The notes below the pieces were generated by a model. It made no database searches and was not told where the DNA came from. It worked only from the letters and a program-made list of their open reading frames with translations. The translations under genes were made by a program, and so were the position numbers. From the IMG/VR virus record IMGVR_UViG_3300045988_179398, positions 60,111 through 124,110 of that record: a stretch of DNA of 64,000 nucleotides; one strand, written 5' to 3'. This document shows positions 39,143-47,868 of this stretch, in pieces. Each line of letters begins with the position of its first letter. Position 1 is the stretch's first letter. The stretch is from a virus.

Positions 39143-39478
39143 ATGACGGTAATAATAACACATCACGGAACTCAAAGGATGAAAGAGAGAACGAAGGTTT
39201 CTCCGACAAAAGCGATCGACCGAGCCGAGAAAGCCTTGTGGTGCGGGAAAGACCCGAGTGACTTCCCGAAGAACACTCGCAGATATTTGGAAAATGTTTT
39301 ACAGCGTTCGGCAGAGGGTGACGGAGCAGACACGCTTAAAGTTCTCGGAAATGATTGTTATCTTTTTTGCAAAGGAGTTCTTATTACGATAATTCCGATT
39401 CCCGAAAAGGTTCGCAAAGCAGATCAAAAAAATAAAATAAGAAAATCTCAAAGGAGAGAAATAGATGAAAACGATTAA
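39143..39478 (+). CDS. hypothetical protein
   Basis: AAGGAG RBS before ATG 39143. Confidence 0.55.
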   Translation: MTVIITHHGTQRMKERTKVSPTKAIDRAEKALWCGKDPSDFPKNTRRYLENVLQRSAEGDGADTLKVLGNDCYLFCKGVLITIIPIPEKVRKADQKNKIRKSQRREIDEND

Positions 39479-40082
39479 ACTAATTTTATTCTGGTTCGTC
39501 CATTGTACGTGGGGAATCATAATGACACTTATCGGTTCCGTCGGCGCCCTCGTTATGCTCGTTACGGGGCATAAGCCGAAGAAGCACGGTTACTCGATTT
39601 ACTTCGTTACGGGGCACGGATGGGGAGGTGTTTGCCTCGGGCCGTTCTTCTTCGTAAGCGATGATTGTGACGACATCGACAGCAAGACACATGAAGCGGG
39701 GCACAGCCTTTTTCAGGCAATGCCGATGGGACCGCTTTTCCCGTTTTTAGTGGGAATTCCATCAATGCTTCGTTATTACCTCTTCGACTTCGATACGCGA
39801 CTCAAAAGATTGAATTTTATGACAATCGTTGTTTCGGTTGCGGCACTTGTCGGATTGGTGCTCGTTGCCCTTGGCGTTGCGTTCCATATTATTACGCTTA
39901 TTGTAATCGGGACACTCATCGTCGTGTATTCAATTTGTATATTTATATGGTTGTATGCGAGCGAGATAGACAAAATGGATAACCCATCTTACGGCTATTA
40001 CGATATATGGTTCGAACGCGATGCGTCGAAGTATGGTTTGGCAAATTATTATAAAAATAAAAAAGAACTCAAATATGAGTAA
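39465..40082 (+). CDS. polytopic membrane protein with HEAGH zincin-like motif
   Basis: Several hydrophobic segments. HEAGH motif between them. Confidence 0.5.
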   Translation: MKTIKLILFWFVHCTWGIIMTLIGSVGALVMLVTGHKPKKHGYSIYFVTGHGWGGVCLGPFFFVSDDCDDIDSKTHEAGHSLFQAMPMGPLFPFLVGIPSMLRYYLFDFDTRLKRLNFMTIVVSVAALVGLVLVALGVAFHIITLIVIGTLIVVYSICIFIWLYASEIDKMDNPSYGYYDIWFERDASKYGLANYYKNKKELKYE

Positions 40083-40099
40083 AAGGAGATTAAAAAATT

Positions 40100-40489
40100 A
40101 TGAAACTTATTGAAGTGTTAAACGCGAGAAAAGTAATTGCAAGCAAAGCGCAGGCAAAAGGCGTGAACTTCGGAACTTCGTTCAAATTTATGAAGTTCAT
40201 TAAAGCGACTGACGAAGATGAAAAGTTTTACAACGAAAAGAAAGGTGAACTTATAAAAAGCCTTGCGATGAAGGATGATAATGGTAAACTCGTTATCGAA
40301 AACAATCAGTATAAATTCACCGATGAAAACTTCGCAGAAATCAATAAGCAACTCAATGAACTGGCGGCTACCGAGGTTGAAGTTTCCGATAAAATGAAAT
40401 TCACTGAGCAGGAACTCGACAAGATGGAATTCACCATCGAAGAAGTTGCGGCAATTTACGAACTCGTAAAAGTCGATGAAAATGAGTGA
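40100..40489 (+). CDS. hypothetical protein
   Basis: AAGGAG RBS. Confidence 0.55.
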   Translation: MKLIEVLNARKVIASKAQAKGVNFGTSFKFMKFIKATDEDEKFYNEKKGELIKSLAMKDDNGKLVIENNQYKFTDENFAEINKQLNELAATEVEVSDKMKFTEQELDKMEFTIEEVAAIYELVKVDENE

Positions 40490-40658
40490 GAACAATTTAC
40501 GCGATATCCGCAATATAACTAAGTTAAATAAGGATAGAACAACAATTCAAATACGAGTGGACTGGAATAAATTGCCTTGCAGTAAATGCGAGCGAAGATA
40601 CCATTTCACTTGCCTGAAAGATTGTTGGAATAAAAAAGGGGAGTATTGTGTATATTGA
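40476..40658 (+). CDS. hypothetical small Cys-containing protein
   Basis: Overlaps the upstream end. Weak RBS. Confidence 0.4.
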   Translation: MKMSENNLRDIRNITKLNKDRTTIQIRVDWNKLPCSKCERRYHFTCLKDCWNKKGEYCVY

Positions 40659-40854
40659 AAATAGTAGGCTTAATATTTATTCTCGCGACTGTGAGTATTG
40701 TTATTATTACAAATGCAATCAAGATTGTGAAAAATGTTCGAATTTCGAAAGATTTGACGAAGAAACGCAAAGGCAAATCTGCAGCTGCGAAGAAAAAGTG
40801 ATCGTAAAATTCGCTGGCTCTTCGTGCCCGTGCTTCAAAGAAAATTGGGATTAA
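40648..40854 (+). CDS. Cys-rich small protein
   Basis: GTG start with a GGGGAG RBS. 11 Cys in 68 aa. Confidence 0.45.
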   Translation: MYIENSRLNIYSRDCEYCYYYKCNQDCEKCSNFERFDEETQRQICSCEEKVIVKFAGSSCPCFKENWD

Positions 40855-40998
40855 CAAAAAACCACACAAAACCACATTTTTGCAATAAAATGCCGATAAT
40901 CGTTCTATTTTATCATTTATCGGCATAATAAGCAAAATAGACGCGATTTATAACATACGGCGTAAATAACGCGATTATCGATATTTTGGAGTAAAAAA

Positions 40999-41235
40999 AT
41001 GAAAAAAATTAAAATTTCTTATTCAATAGTAATGGAAGATGATGTTTGCGAACAATTCAAAAATGGGTTGGGGATAACGAGCAACGCAGAACTTTTGGGA
41101 TATATAAAAGGAGTAACGAAGCAGCAGGAAAACGAGTTTGCTAAAATAGATGACCTCGTAGTTTTGCTTCCCGATGAATCATATATTCCAAAAAAACTAA
41201 AAATATTTTTAGAAAAACCTGTTTCAAACGCTTGA
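40999..41235 (+). CDS. hypothetical protein
   Basis: TGGAG RBS. Confidence 0.5.
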   Translation: MKKIKISYSIVMEDDVCEQFKNGLGITSNAELLGYIKGVTKQQENEFAKIDDLVVLLPDESYIPKKLKIFLEKPVSNA

Positions 41236-41260
41236 CAGGTTTTTATTTTTGTGCTATAAT
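41232..41260 (+). promoter_or_regulatory. sigma-70-type promoter P9
   Basis: AAACGCTTGACA, 17 nt, TGCTATAAT. Confidence 0.75.
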
Positions 41261-41289
41261 CATACTATTAAATCAAGGAGAAGAAAACA

Positions 41290-41496
41290 ATGGAAATCGA
41301 AGTAACATACAAAGTTAAAGTAAGCAACCGAATTATCGGTTGTTTAATGCAGGACAGCGATCACCCCGACAGGAAAAGCGTGATGGAATACTTAAAGCAA
41401 TGTCAAGTTGATTTAATAGAAGACGCTTATGATCATGGTGACGAGCTAGAAATTGTAAGCGTTAAAGCAAAGAGCATAGAGGAGGAAGAAAGATGA
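41290..41496 (+). CDS. hypothetical protein
   Basis: AAGGAG RBS. Confidence 0.55.
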   Translation: MEIEVTYKVKVSNRIIGCLMQDSDHPDRKSVMEYLKQCQVDLIEDAYDHGDELEIVSVKAKSIEEEER

Positions 41497-41702
41497 AAGT
41501 TTTACGAAATATTTTTATAACTATTTTGGCAATTTTATTACTCCCGTTTTATCTTTTGTCGGTAATGGGAATGGTTGTTTTGGGAGCATTTATAGGCATT
41601 TACCTTGCGTTCGTCAAGCCGATAACAATCGTTAAGAGCGCGTGGGACGGAACGTTTAAGTGGAAAGATTTATTGGGAGATTTAGAAGATGGCAAATTTT
41701 GA
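41493..41702 (+). CDS. small membrane protein
   Basis: GAGGAGG RBS. ATGA overlap. Hydrophobic core. Confidence 0.55.
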   Translation: MKVLRNIFITILAILLLPFYLLSVMGMVVLGAFIGIYLAFVKPITIVKSAWDGTFKWKDLLGDLEDGKF

Positions 41703-42141
41703 TAAATACGATAGCGCGTTTGATTACGCAATAGATAAAGCGGCAGAAGAAAAAGAAAGACTTAAAGAAACCCAAAGGATTCAAATCGATTACGACGTCA
41801 CGAGAAATCTCGTTTGTGTAAACGGCGTAGAGTGCACCCCGAAGGCGTTTTTCGCTTTTACGGCGAATCTCGTTCAGTTGTACTGCGAAACGATTTACGC
41901 GGTCGAAACGCGTTCATTCGCGATTACTACAACGAGCAAAGAAGTGCCCGACGGAAGGAATCTCGTAAACCACCTTAAATTTTGCACTTATCTCGATGGC
42001 GGTGTAAGAGTGGTCGGGGAATTCACCAACGAAATCAGTGATACGATAGAATTCGATAGAACGTTCAAGGACGGTTCGATGATTGTCCATTATTTCGTTG
42101 AAAAGAGCGAGCGGATTGCAAGGAGCGCGGTTTTAGGATGA
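41689..42141 (+). CDS. hypothetical protein
   Basis: Overlaps the upstream end by 14 nt. Confidence 0.5.
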   Translation: MANFDKYDSAFDYAIDKAAEEKERLKETQRIQIDYDVTRNLVCVNGVECTPKAFFAFTANLVQLYCETIYAVETRSFAITTTSKEVPDGRNLVNHLKFCTYLDGGVRVVGEFTNEISDTIEFDRTFKDGSMIVHYFVEKSERIARSAVLG

Positions 42142-42461
42142 TAAAAGATACGATTTACTATATAGGTTTCAGATACAATAAACTTCACGTTGGGGAGCTG
42201 CCGATTGAAAAGGAAACGGATAAGTTATATTATCTCAATCGGATTTCCAACGTTTTAGGGGACGTAAGAATTCTTAAAAAATCGGAAGAAAATATGATTA
42301 ACGACAAAGTGAGTTGGACGACGAATGCGACAATTTTTGATAAACTCAAAAAGGCGTTTGTGCTCAATCGCAAACAATCCCTCAAAGGCGCGGTGGCTGC
42401 CGATAAAGAGATGCTTCGCAGGCTCATTAAAGATGCACGTGAACTGAAAATAAAAATATAG
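42138..42461 (+). CDS. hypothetical protein
   Basis: ATGA overlap. Confidence 0.5.
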   Translation: MIKDTIYYIGFRYNKLHVGELPIEKETDKLYYLNRISNVLGDVRILKKSEENMINDKVSWTTNATIFDKLKKAFVLNRKQSLKGAVAADKEMLRRLIKDARELKIKI

Positions 42462-42471
42462 GAGAAATAAA

Positions 42472-42762
42472 ATGAGATTTCTTAAAGAAAACACGATAGT
42501 TTTTGAAAAAGATAACTATGCCGACGAAGCCGCTCTTCAAACCGCAATTTCGGAAACGGTAAAACACCTGATAGAAAACAACTATGCCGCTCTCGTGCAT
42601 TGCGATGATCCGTTAGCGGGAATCTATTGCGTTTCTTATGCTTATGAATGGAATACGGCGAATGGATTCGGAGGCGAACGTTATATACTTGTAACGGCAG
42701 ATGAGGCGGAGGATTTGCTCGCTCAAAGAGAAGAAAAGGAAATGATTCAATCGGAGGATTAA
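42472..42762 (+). CDS. hypothetical protein (weak paralog of 47184-47435)
   Basis: AGGAG RBS. Shares ..RY(I/L)LVT..E..REEK with 47184-47435. Confidence 0.55.
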   Translation: MRFLKENTIVFEKDNYADEAALQTAISETVKHLIENNYAALVHCDDPLAGIYCVSYAYEWNTANGFGGERYILVTADEAEDLLAQREEKEMIQSED

Positions 42763-42763
42763 G

Positions 42764-43036
42764 ATGGCGGCATCGGATAAAAAAGAAATGCTTGTTATGG
42801 TTTTGCGCCCGACGATTTTCAGAGTTGAAGCAAATAGCTTCGAAGACGCAAAAAAGACGATAACCAACCAACTCATCGCTTCGGGGCAAATGAAACCCAA
42901 CGCCCCGATAGAATTCAGAGAAATGATCGATTATGAATTAAAGGAAGAAGAAAACAAACAGGAGGAACAAAATAATGATAACGGCAGCGGGAGCAGGGAT
43001 AATAGCGCAACAGCAGATAGTCAAAGACAGAGCTAA
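42764..43036 (+). CDS. hypothetical protein
   Basis: GGAGG RBS. Confidence 0.5.
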   Translation: MAASDKKEMLVMVLRPTIFRVEANSFEDAKKTITNQLIASGQMKPNAPIEFREMIDYELKEEENKQEEQNNDNGSGSRDNSATADSQRQS

Positions 43037-43265
43037 TCGCGTAATTGAAGCGATAGCGAACGACATCGAAAAACACGCAAAGTTGGGTTGCAGGGAGCTC
43101 ATCGTTCGAGCAGACACAATCGGCAAATACTTTACACTTAAAGAAAGGATTTTTGATGATATAAATCTTTTATGGGCGGGGGTTCGCCCATTGGTCGAGA
43201 AGAGATTCGAGGAAGTTGGATTTAAGCTTACCATCGGTTCTTATGGGTTTACGATTTCGTGGTAA
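42975..43265 (+). CDS. hypothetical protein
   Basis: AGGAGG RBS inside the upstream gene's low-complexity tail. Confidence 0.5.
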   Translation: MITAAGAGIIAQQQIVKDRANRVIEAIANDIEKHAKLGCRELIVRADTIGKYFTLKERIFDDINLLWAGVRPLVEKRFEEVGFKLTIGSYGFTISW

Positions 43266-43278
43266 AGGAGATAGCAAA

Positions 43279-43521
43279 ATGGACATAAACGTATTTTTAG
43301 GCGATATGACAAAAGTAAAAGATTTTGTGTCGGTCGCGCAGTCGGTTAAAGAAGAAGCGATTCTTCATAGCGGTAAATTCGCAGTAGACGCGAAATCAAT
43401 AATGGGTGTGTTCAGCTTAGATCTAAGTAAACCGCTTACACTTGAAATCGAGTTCGGCGATGAAACAACCGTGGTGCAAGCTCGCGAAGTAATGAATAAA
43501 TTTTTGGTTTTTGAGGCGTAA
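43279..43521 (+). CDS. HPr-domain protein, Crh-like (Ser46 motif present, His15 motif absent)
   Basis: GKFAVDAKSIMGVFSL aligns with HPr GKTVNLKSIMGVMSL. The N-terminus lacks GIHARPA. AAGGAG RBS before ATG 43279. Confidence 0.6.
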   Translation: MDINVFLGDMTKVKDFVSVAQSVKEEAILHSGKFAVDAKSIMGVFSLDLSKPLTLEIEFGDETTVVQAREVMNKFLVFEA

Positions 43522-43526
43522 AACGC

Positions 43527-43555
43527 TTAACAAATGTATGATAAAGTAGTATAAT
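43527..43555 (+). promoter_or_regulatory. sigma-70-type promoter P10 (variant -35 TTAACA)
   Basis: AAAACGCTTAACA, 17 nt, TAGTATAAT. Confidence 0.6.
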
Positions 43556-43632
43556 GATGTCAACTAAACATCGGAGGTTTTGTTAAAAAGGAGTTTATTA
43601 AATTCGAAAAATGGTGTAATAAGAAATACGTA

Positions 43633-43875
43633 TTGATCAAACCTGCAATTTCGAGATTTGCGCTTCACAGCAATGCAACACTTATAACGCTCGATTATGA
43701 AATACTCGGGATAAACAAGCGAGACGTAGATTTGACGTACAGGATGGCGCTCACAAGACTTAACGATTTATTCGGGAACGTGGAAGAACTTCGCAAAAAT
43801 GATTTGCGCGAAGAGATTACCGATGCCGAAGTCGATGAATTTTTTGCGGATTTCAGTAATAAGTGGGCAAAATGA
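43633..43875 (+). CDS. hypothetical protein
   Basis: TTG start with a poor RBS, so the start is uncertain. Confidence 0.4.
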   Translation: MIKPAISRFALHSNATLITLDYEILGINKRDVDLTYRMALTRLNDLFGNVEELRKNDLREEITDAEVDEFFADFSNKWAK

Positions 43876-44000
43876 ATGCGCCAGAAATAATTTGTCTCAC
43901 GGTAGCGACAACGGTTTCCGTAATTTATATCGTCGGGATGATACTTTTCCACAAATGGACAAAAAACGACAACAAAGACGACAAGGAGAATAAAAAATGA
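43872..44000 (+). CDS. small membrane peptide (42 aa, below ORF-track cutoff)
   Basis: ATGA overlaps with both neighbours. Peptide MNAPEIICLTVATTVSVIYIVGMILFHKW + basic/acidic tail. Confidence 0.5.
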   Translation: MNAPEIICLTVATTVSVIYIVGMILFHKWTKNDNKDDKENKK

Positions 44001-44182
44001 ACAAATGTGAATTTTGCACAGCTTCAAAAAACCAGAATGGACGATTCGTGTGCGCTGGATGGACGCTTTATGATTGTCAACGGGCGATTGAAACGATGGT
44101 TAAAGTCATGGAAATCCAAGCTACCAGCCGTAACACGAAGAATTACAACATCAACAAACGCACGGAGCATCGAAACAAATGA
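43997..44182 (+). CDS. small Cys-containing protein
   Basis: ATGA coupling at both ends. Confidence 0.5.
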   Translation: MNKCEFCTASKNQNGRFVCAGWTLYDCQRAIETMVKVMEIQATSRNTKNYNINKRTEHRNK

Positions 44183-44481
44183 ATACGGTTATTTTCTCAG
44201 ATTACGATAGCGGCTTCCGTTCCAGCGCGCTGCTTTTAAGAGACGACGTGGATTGGGGCTTGATCGACAACTATATGTACAAAGAGCAAATTCCCGATGC
44301 CGAGGACATAGCCGATTACGACGATGAGAAGTTGTTCACCTTTTTCGAGCAGATGTTTAATGCGGAAATCAGGCGGTTTGTTATTGAAATTGACGGGCAC
44401 GTTTATAAGGTGCGCTATAAATGCCCGAGAGGATTTTTCGGGTATGAAATGGTCGACGGAGAAGTTCAGGAAACCGATTGA
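44179..44481 (+). CDS. hypothetical protein
   Basis: ATGA coupling. Confidence 0.5.
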   Translation: MNTVIFSDYDSGFRSSALLLRDDVDWGLIDNYMYKEQIPDAEDIADYDDEKLFTFFEQMFNAEIRRFVIEIDGHVYKVRYKCPRGFFGYEMVDGEVQETD

Positions 44482-44487
44482 AAACGC

Positions 44488-44516
44488 TTGACAAATGCCA
44501 AATTTTAGTGTATAAT
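44488..44516 (+). promoter_or_regulatory. sigma-70-type promoter P11
   Basis: AAAACGCTTGACA, 17 nt, TGTATAAT. Confidence 0.75.
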
Positions 44517-44546
44517 AAAAACATTAAAAACATAAGGAGATAAAAA

Positions 44547-45089
44547 ATGGATTACACGATTAATTACGAGAAAGATATACAGACCAAACTCTACAGGAAT
44601 GAAAAACTGCTTCGGGCTAAAACCGCGCAAATAGCCGACCTGCAATATGAAGCCGAGTTGATTGCCGACGCGTCTATTGAGATTATTCGCGGAATTCAAG
44701 ATCACGTTCAAATGACTGATTTGCACAAAATATGGCTCGACTTTGACAACGATAAAGGCAAGTTTAAACTCGATGGGAAAGACAGCAAAACAAGACTCAA
44801 ATTCATTGAAAAGAATTACGTGTTTGACGGAGAAGTTCCGAAAGACGTGAAATTGAAAAGTATAACTTTATATGGGTATTGTTGGGAACTTTGGCTCAAT
44901 TACGTCAGGAATGGTAAAGAGTTCAAAATAGCACTTCCGTGTTATAAAAATGCGAATAAGGAAAATTACAAAAGTTTAAGTTACTCGATTGCAACAGTCG
45001 ACGGCTGCGTTTATACAACCGTGTTCAGCACGATGTTTCTTTCGGAGCTAAAAGACGGCGTTACGAAGTTCTTGAACGGGGAGATTTGA
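44547..45089 (+). CDS. hypothetical protein
   Basis: AAGGAG RBS. Confidence 0.55.
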   Translation: MDYTINYEKDIQTKLYRNEKLLRAKTAQIADLQYEAELIADASIEIIRGIQDHVQMTDLHKIWLDFDNDKGKFKLDGKDSKTRLKFIEKNYVFDGEVPKDVKLKSITLYGYCWELWLNYVRNGKEFKIALPCYKNANKENYKSLSYSIATVDGCVYTTVFSTMFLSELKDGVTKFLNGEI

Positions 45090-45100
45090 GGAGGTTAGAA

Positions 45101-45445
45101 ATGATTTACAGAGTAATTCGGGTAAATGACTCAACCGTTTCTGGGAATGTTTTTTGCAACAACCCATTAAAGGCGATTGAAGATTTCGCAAAAGCGGGAC
45201 CAGTGAATGACGAGGTATTCAGCATAATAGGCGACGACTTACAAGCCATAGTTTGGAGTCGGCAAGCGGAGTATCTGTTATATAAACAAATCGGAGAAGA
45301 GGGCTGGATAACTTTTTGGGATTATGAACAAATAAAGAATCCGAATAAAGTTAAAAGGGATCTCATAAAAGACGAGAAATATACCCATGTGATTTTGTAT
45401 GATTTACAAAAACAGAAGCTAATTTTTGAGGTTGGAAATGAATAA
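45101..45445 (+). CDS. hypothetical protein
   Basis: GAGGAGG RBS before ATG 45101. Confidence 0.55.
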   Translation: MIYRVIRVNDSTVSGNVFCNNPLKAIEDFAKAGPVNDEVFSIIGDDLQAIVWSRQAEYLLYKQIGEEGWITFWDYEQIKNPNKVKRDLIKDEKYTHVILYDLQKQKLIFEVGNE

Positions 45446-45680
45446 AAGAGAACTTGCGAAGCTGAAAAAGTGGACGGATACTCTGACCGACGAGCAGCTC
45501 AAAAAAGAGTATTATGAAGCGGTGTTCGATACGCTCGGCAGTCAAGCCGAAGAGATGTATGAGCGCGGTTACGATATAGCCGATATACTCGAAAGAGAGA
45601 AGTATGAGAGGTGGTTGTCGAGACAAAGTAGTATGCTCGAAATGATTTGTTCGGAAAGGGGAATTGAGTTATGGGAATAG
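45438..45680 (+). CDS. hypothetical protein
   Basis: Overlaps the upstream end by 8 nt. Confidence 0.5.
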   Translation: MNKRELAKLKKWTDTLTDEQLKKEYYEAVFDTLGSQAEEMYERGYDIADILEREKYERWLSRQSSMLEMICSERGIELWE

Positions 45681-45699
45681 TACGAGGAGAGGTAGAGTA

Positions 45700-45879
45700 A
45701 TGAAATATACACACGAAAGCGAAGAGTTAAACGCTCTTTTAGGCAAGAAAGTAAAGGTTACGCTTTTTGACGATACAACGATAATGGGTATATTAACCCG
45801 CGCGGAGTGGAAGCCAGGCCATTATCAAGTCGCAGATTATTCTTTTTGCAAAACCCACGTTAAGAAAATCGAACAATAA
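45700..45879 (+). CDS. hypothetical protein (59 aa)
   Basis: GAGGAGAGG RBS before ATG 45700. Confidence 0.5.
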   Translation: MKYTHESEELNALLGKKVKVTLFDDTTIMGILTRAEWKPGHYQVADYSFCKTHVKKIEQ

Positions 45880-45921
45880 ATGAATTGATTTGGATAGGAT
45901 TATAGACGAGGTTAAGGCAAA

Positions 45922-46122
45922 ATGAATAAAGAAGAACAAATTAAAGAGATAGCGGAAATCATCATAAGTTACGGCTTAAAAAGGCTTGGTGAGTTTTCGG
46001 AAACAGAAATTCAGGTATTTTCCGAGGGTGGCAAAATATTAGATAAAGCGGGTTGCGCGAATATTATTTTGGATTTTGCAGCAGTTCTCTATGAGGCGGG
46101 TTATCGGAAAGCGGAAAAGTGA
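45922..46122 (+). CDS. hypothetical protein
   Basis: Weak RBS (AAGG). Confidence 0.45.
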   Translation: MNKEEQIKEIAEIIISYGLKRLGEFSETEIQVFSEGGKILDKAGCANIILDFAAVLYEAGYRKAEK

Positions 46123-46280
46123 TGCCATTTTGATATCGGAGTGATGTGAGTATAAGATATATAATATAGCGGAAATATGATATGGGAGAAAAAAGAAGGA
46201 GAGAAGTGGTTAAAAGTGGGAGAAAAGGGATGATAGTGGGTTAACATTCTCTTTTTCTTTTAACCCAAAAAAGAGGAAAA

Positions 46281-47111
46281 ATGTACAGACAAGGACTTGG
46301 GAGCATAACCTCCCCACAATCAATTCACAACTCAATAATAACTCAGCTTCCTCAAAAATCAACGATAGAATCAGACAAAATTACGACTCAAACCCTAATC
46401 ATCTCACTCAACTCAATGATGGGATTTGCGTATTTGCAACGAGACAATCGGACGATAATGGCGAAAGCGACGAAAATAAGCGTTTACGAAGAAATAAACC
46501 AAATAACGGGCGAAGTAACCTATCGCCAGACGACGGAATTCAGCGAGCGATACGGCAAACCGCCAGTTTACGTCACAACGCTTGAAAGCGAGATAACCGC
46601 CGCCCAGTACACAGATCTCAAAGAGCACAGCTTATACGAACCATATCAACGCAGAGAGATATGGTTTATCGACAACGAAAGCGGACGTGAATACCGTTTA
46701 ACGACGCGAGAGAACACGCTCTCGATAGAGATGTACTCGAAAGCGATAAACGCTGATTACAGCCTACCCCAATGGCTATACGACATAGTGTACCAAGAAG
46801 ACGGGAAGTATATACGGGATTACACCGAGACGAAGGCAAAATGGCGCGAGAAGCAAGAAGCGGCAATCGCTGCACGCAAAGCCGAGATTCAAGCCCGCAA
46901 AGACGCCGAGGCGGCGGAGCGCAAGCGTAAAGCAGCGGAGAAAAAGAAAGCGCAGGCGGCGGCTAAGAAAGCCAAGTCTTTACCAAAACAGACAAAGAAA
47001 ATTACCAAAAGTGATAAAAAGGTATCTGTCATGAGCAAGCCTGTAACAGAGAAAAAGAAGCGAGAAGAAACGGTAGCCGATATGTGGAGCAATTGGGCGA
47101 AAGGAAAGTAA
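46281..47111 (+). CDS. hypothetical protein with Lys/Ala-rich C-terminal region
   Basis: AAGAGGA RBS. Alternative start at 46458. Confidence 0.5.
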   Translation: MYRQGLGSITSPQSIHNSIITQLPQKSTIESDKITTQTLIISLNSMMGFAYLQRDNRTIMAKATKISVYEEINQITGEVTYRQTTEFSERYGKPPVYVTTLESEITAAQYTDLKEHSLYEPYQRREIWFIDNESGREYRLTTRENTLSIEMYSKAINADYSLPQWLYDIVYQEDGKYIRDYTETKAKWREKQEAAIAARKAEIQARKDAEAAERKRKAAEKKKAQAAAKKAKSLPKQTKKITKSDKKVSVMSKPVTEKKKREETVADMWSNWAKGK

Positions 47112-47183
47112 TCGATTTATAAAAGCTCTTAAAATCGCAGATAATTACAGGCTTTTTTCAAACGTTTTATGAAAGGAGAAATT

Positions 47184-47435
47184 ATGGAAAACATCCATCC
47201 GAACGGAAGAATTTGCGTTGAAAGAGACACGCGAAATTGGGAAAGGAATTTATCGAATTTGGTAAAATCGTTACTCGATTTGGATTACGAAATTCAACTA
47301 AAACAAACCGATGACGAAGTGGTGATTTTGGACTTCACGTATGACTCGAGCAAGATAGAGAATCATGGGAATCGTTATCTACTTGTTACGGAAAAAGAAG
47401 AGAAAGAAATAACCGAACGCAGAGAGGAGAAGTAA
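47184..47435 (+). CDS. hypothetical protein (weak paralog of 42472-42762)
   Basis: AAGGAG RBS before ATG 47184. Confidence 0.55.
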   Translation: MENIHPNGRICVERDTRNWERNLSNLVKSLLDLDYEIQLKQTDDEVVILDFTYDSSKIENHGNRYLLVTEKEEKEITERREEK

Positions 47436-47655
47436 TCAAATTTCATTCTTGTTTAAAGCAGCGCAGCGAAGCGAGCAGAAGCAAAGCGATGAATAAAAAA
47501 TAAAAAGAGATTTTGTTCTCGGAAAGCGCGCAGCGCGAGCCGAGCCGCGTTTTGGGAGGCAGGGAACTCTTTTGGGGCGGCTGAGCCAAAAGGTTCCCTG
47601 TAACAGAGAATAAAAAAATAAATCGAAATAATTCCAAAAAAGTCGTATAAAATAC

Positions 47656-47684
47656 TTGACAAAAGAAAAATATTGTGGTATAAT
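47656..47684 (+). promoter_or_regulatory. sigma-70-type promoter P12
   Basis: TACTTGACA, 17 nt, TGGTATAAT. Followed by a 180-nt structured leader (10-bp stem 47813-47822 / 47834-47843). Confidence 0.7.
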
Positions 47685-47868
47685 AGAAGCAGATAGTGGA
47701 GGAGTGGGCAAAGGCGTATCCGCCGCCCATGAATTCCCTATATCTACCCCTTACTTAATTCTTTAAGGGTTGGGCTCAAAATCGCCCATTTTATCGAAGA
47801 TTTTAGAGCGAGTTAGCACTTTTTAATATTGCGAAAGTGCTAAAACAGTTATTTTAAGGAGTAAAATC

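Noticed and set aside
46281-46457. Moving the start of the 46281-47111 gene to ATG 46458 because the first 59 residues look atypical
   Set aside because: ATG 46281 has the better RBS (AAGAGGA) and 46458 has none. The longer form is kept, with the alternative noted.
47436-47730. Three - strand ORFs in the 433-nt gap before the SF2 helicase-like gene
   Set aside because: They overlap each other and promoter P12, have low-complexity products and lack an RBS. The region is better explained as a hairpin-rich intergenic leader (15-bp bulged stem at about 47559-47600).
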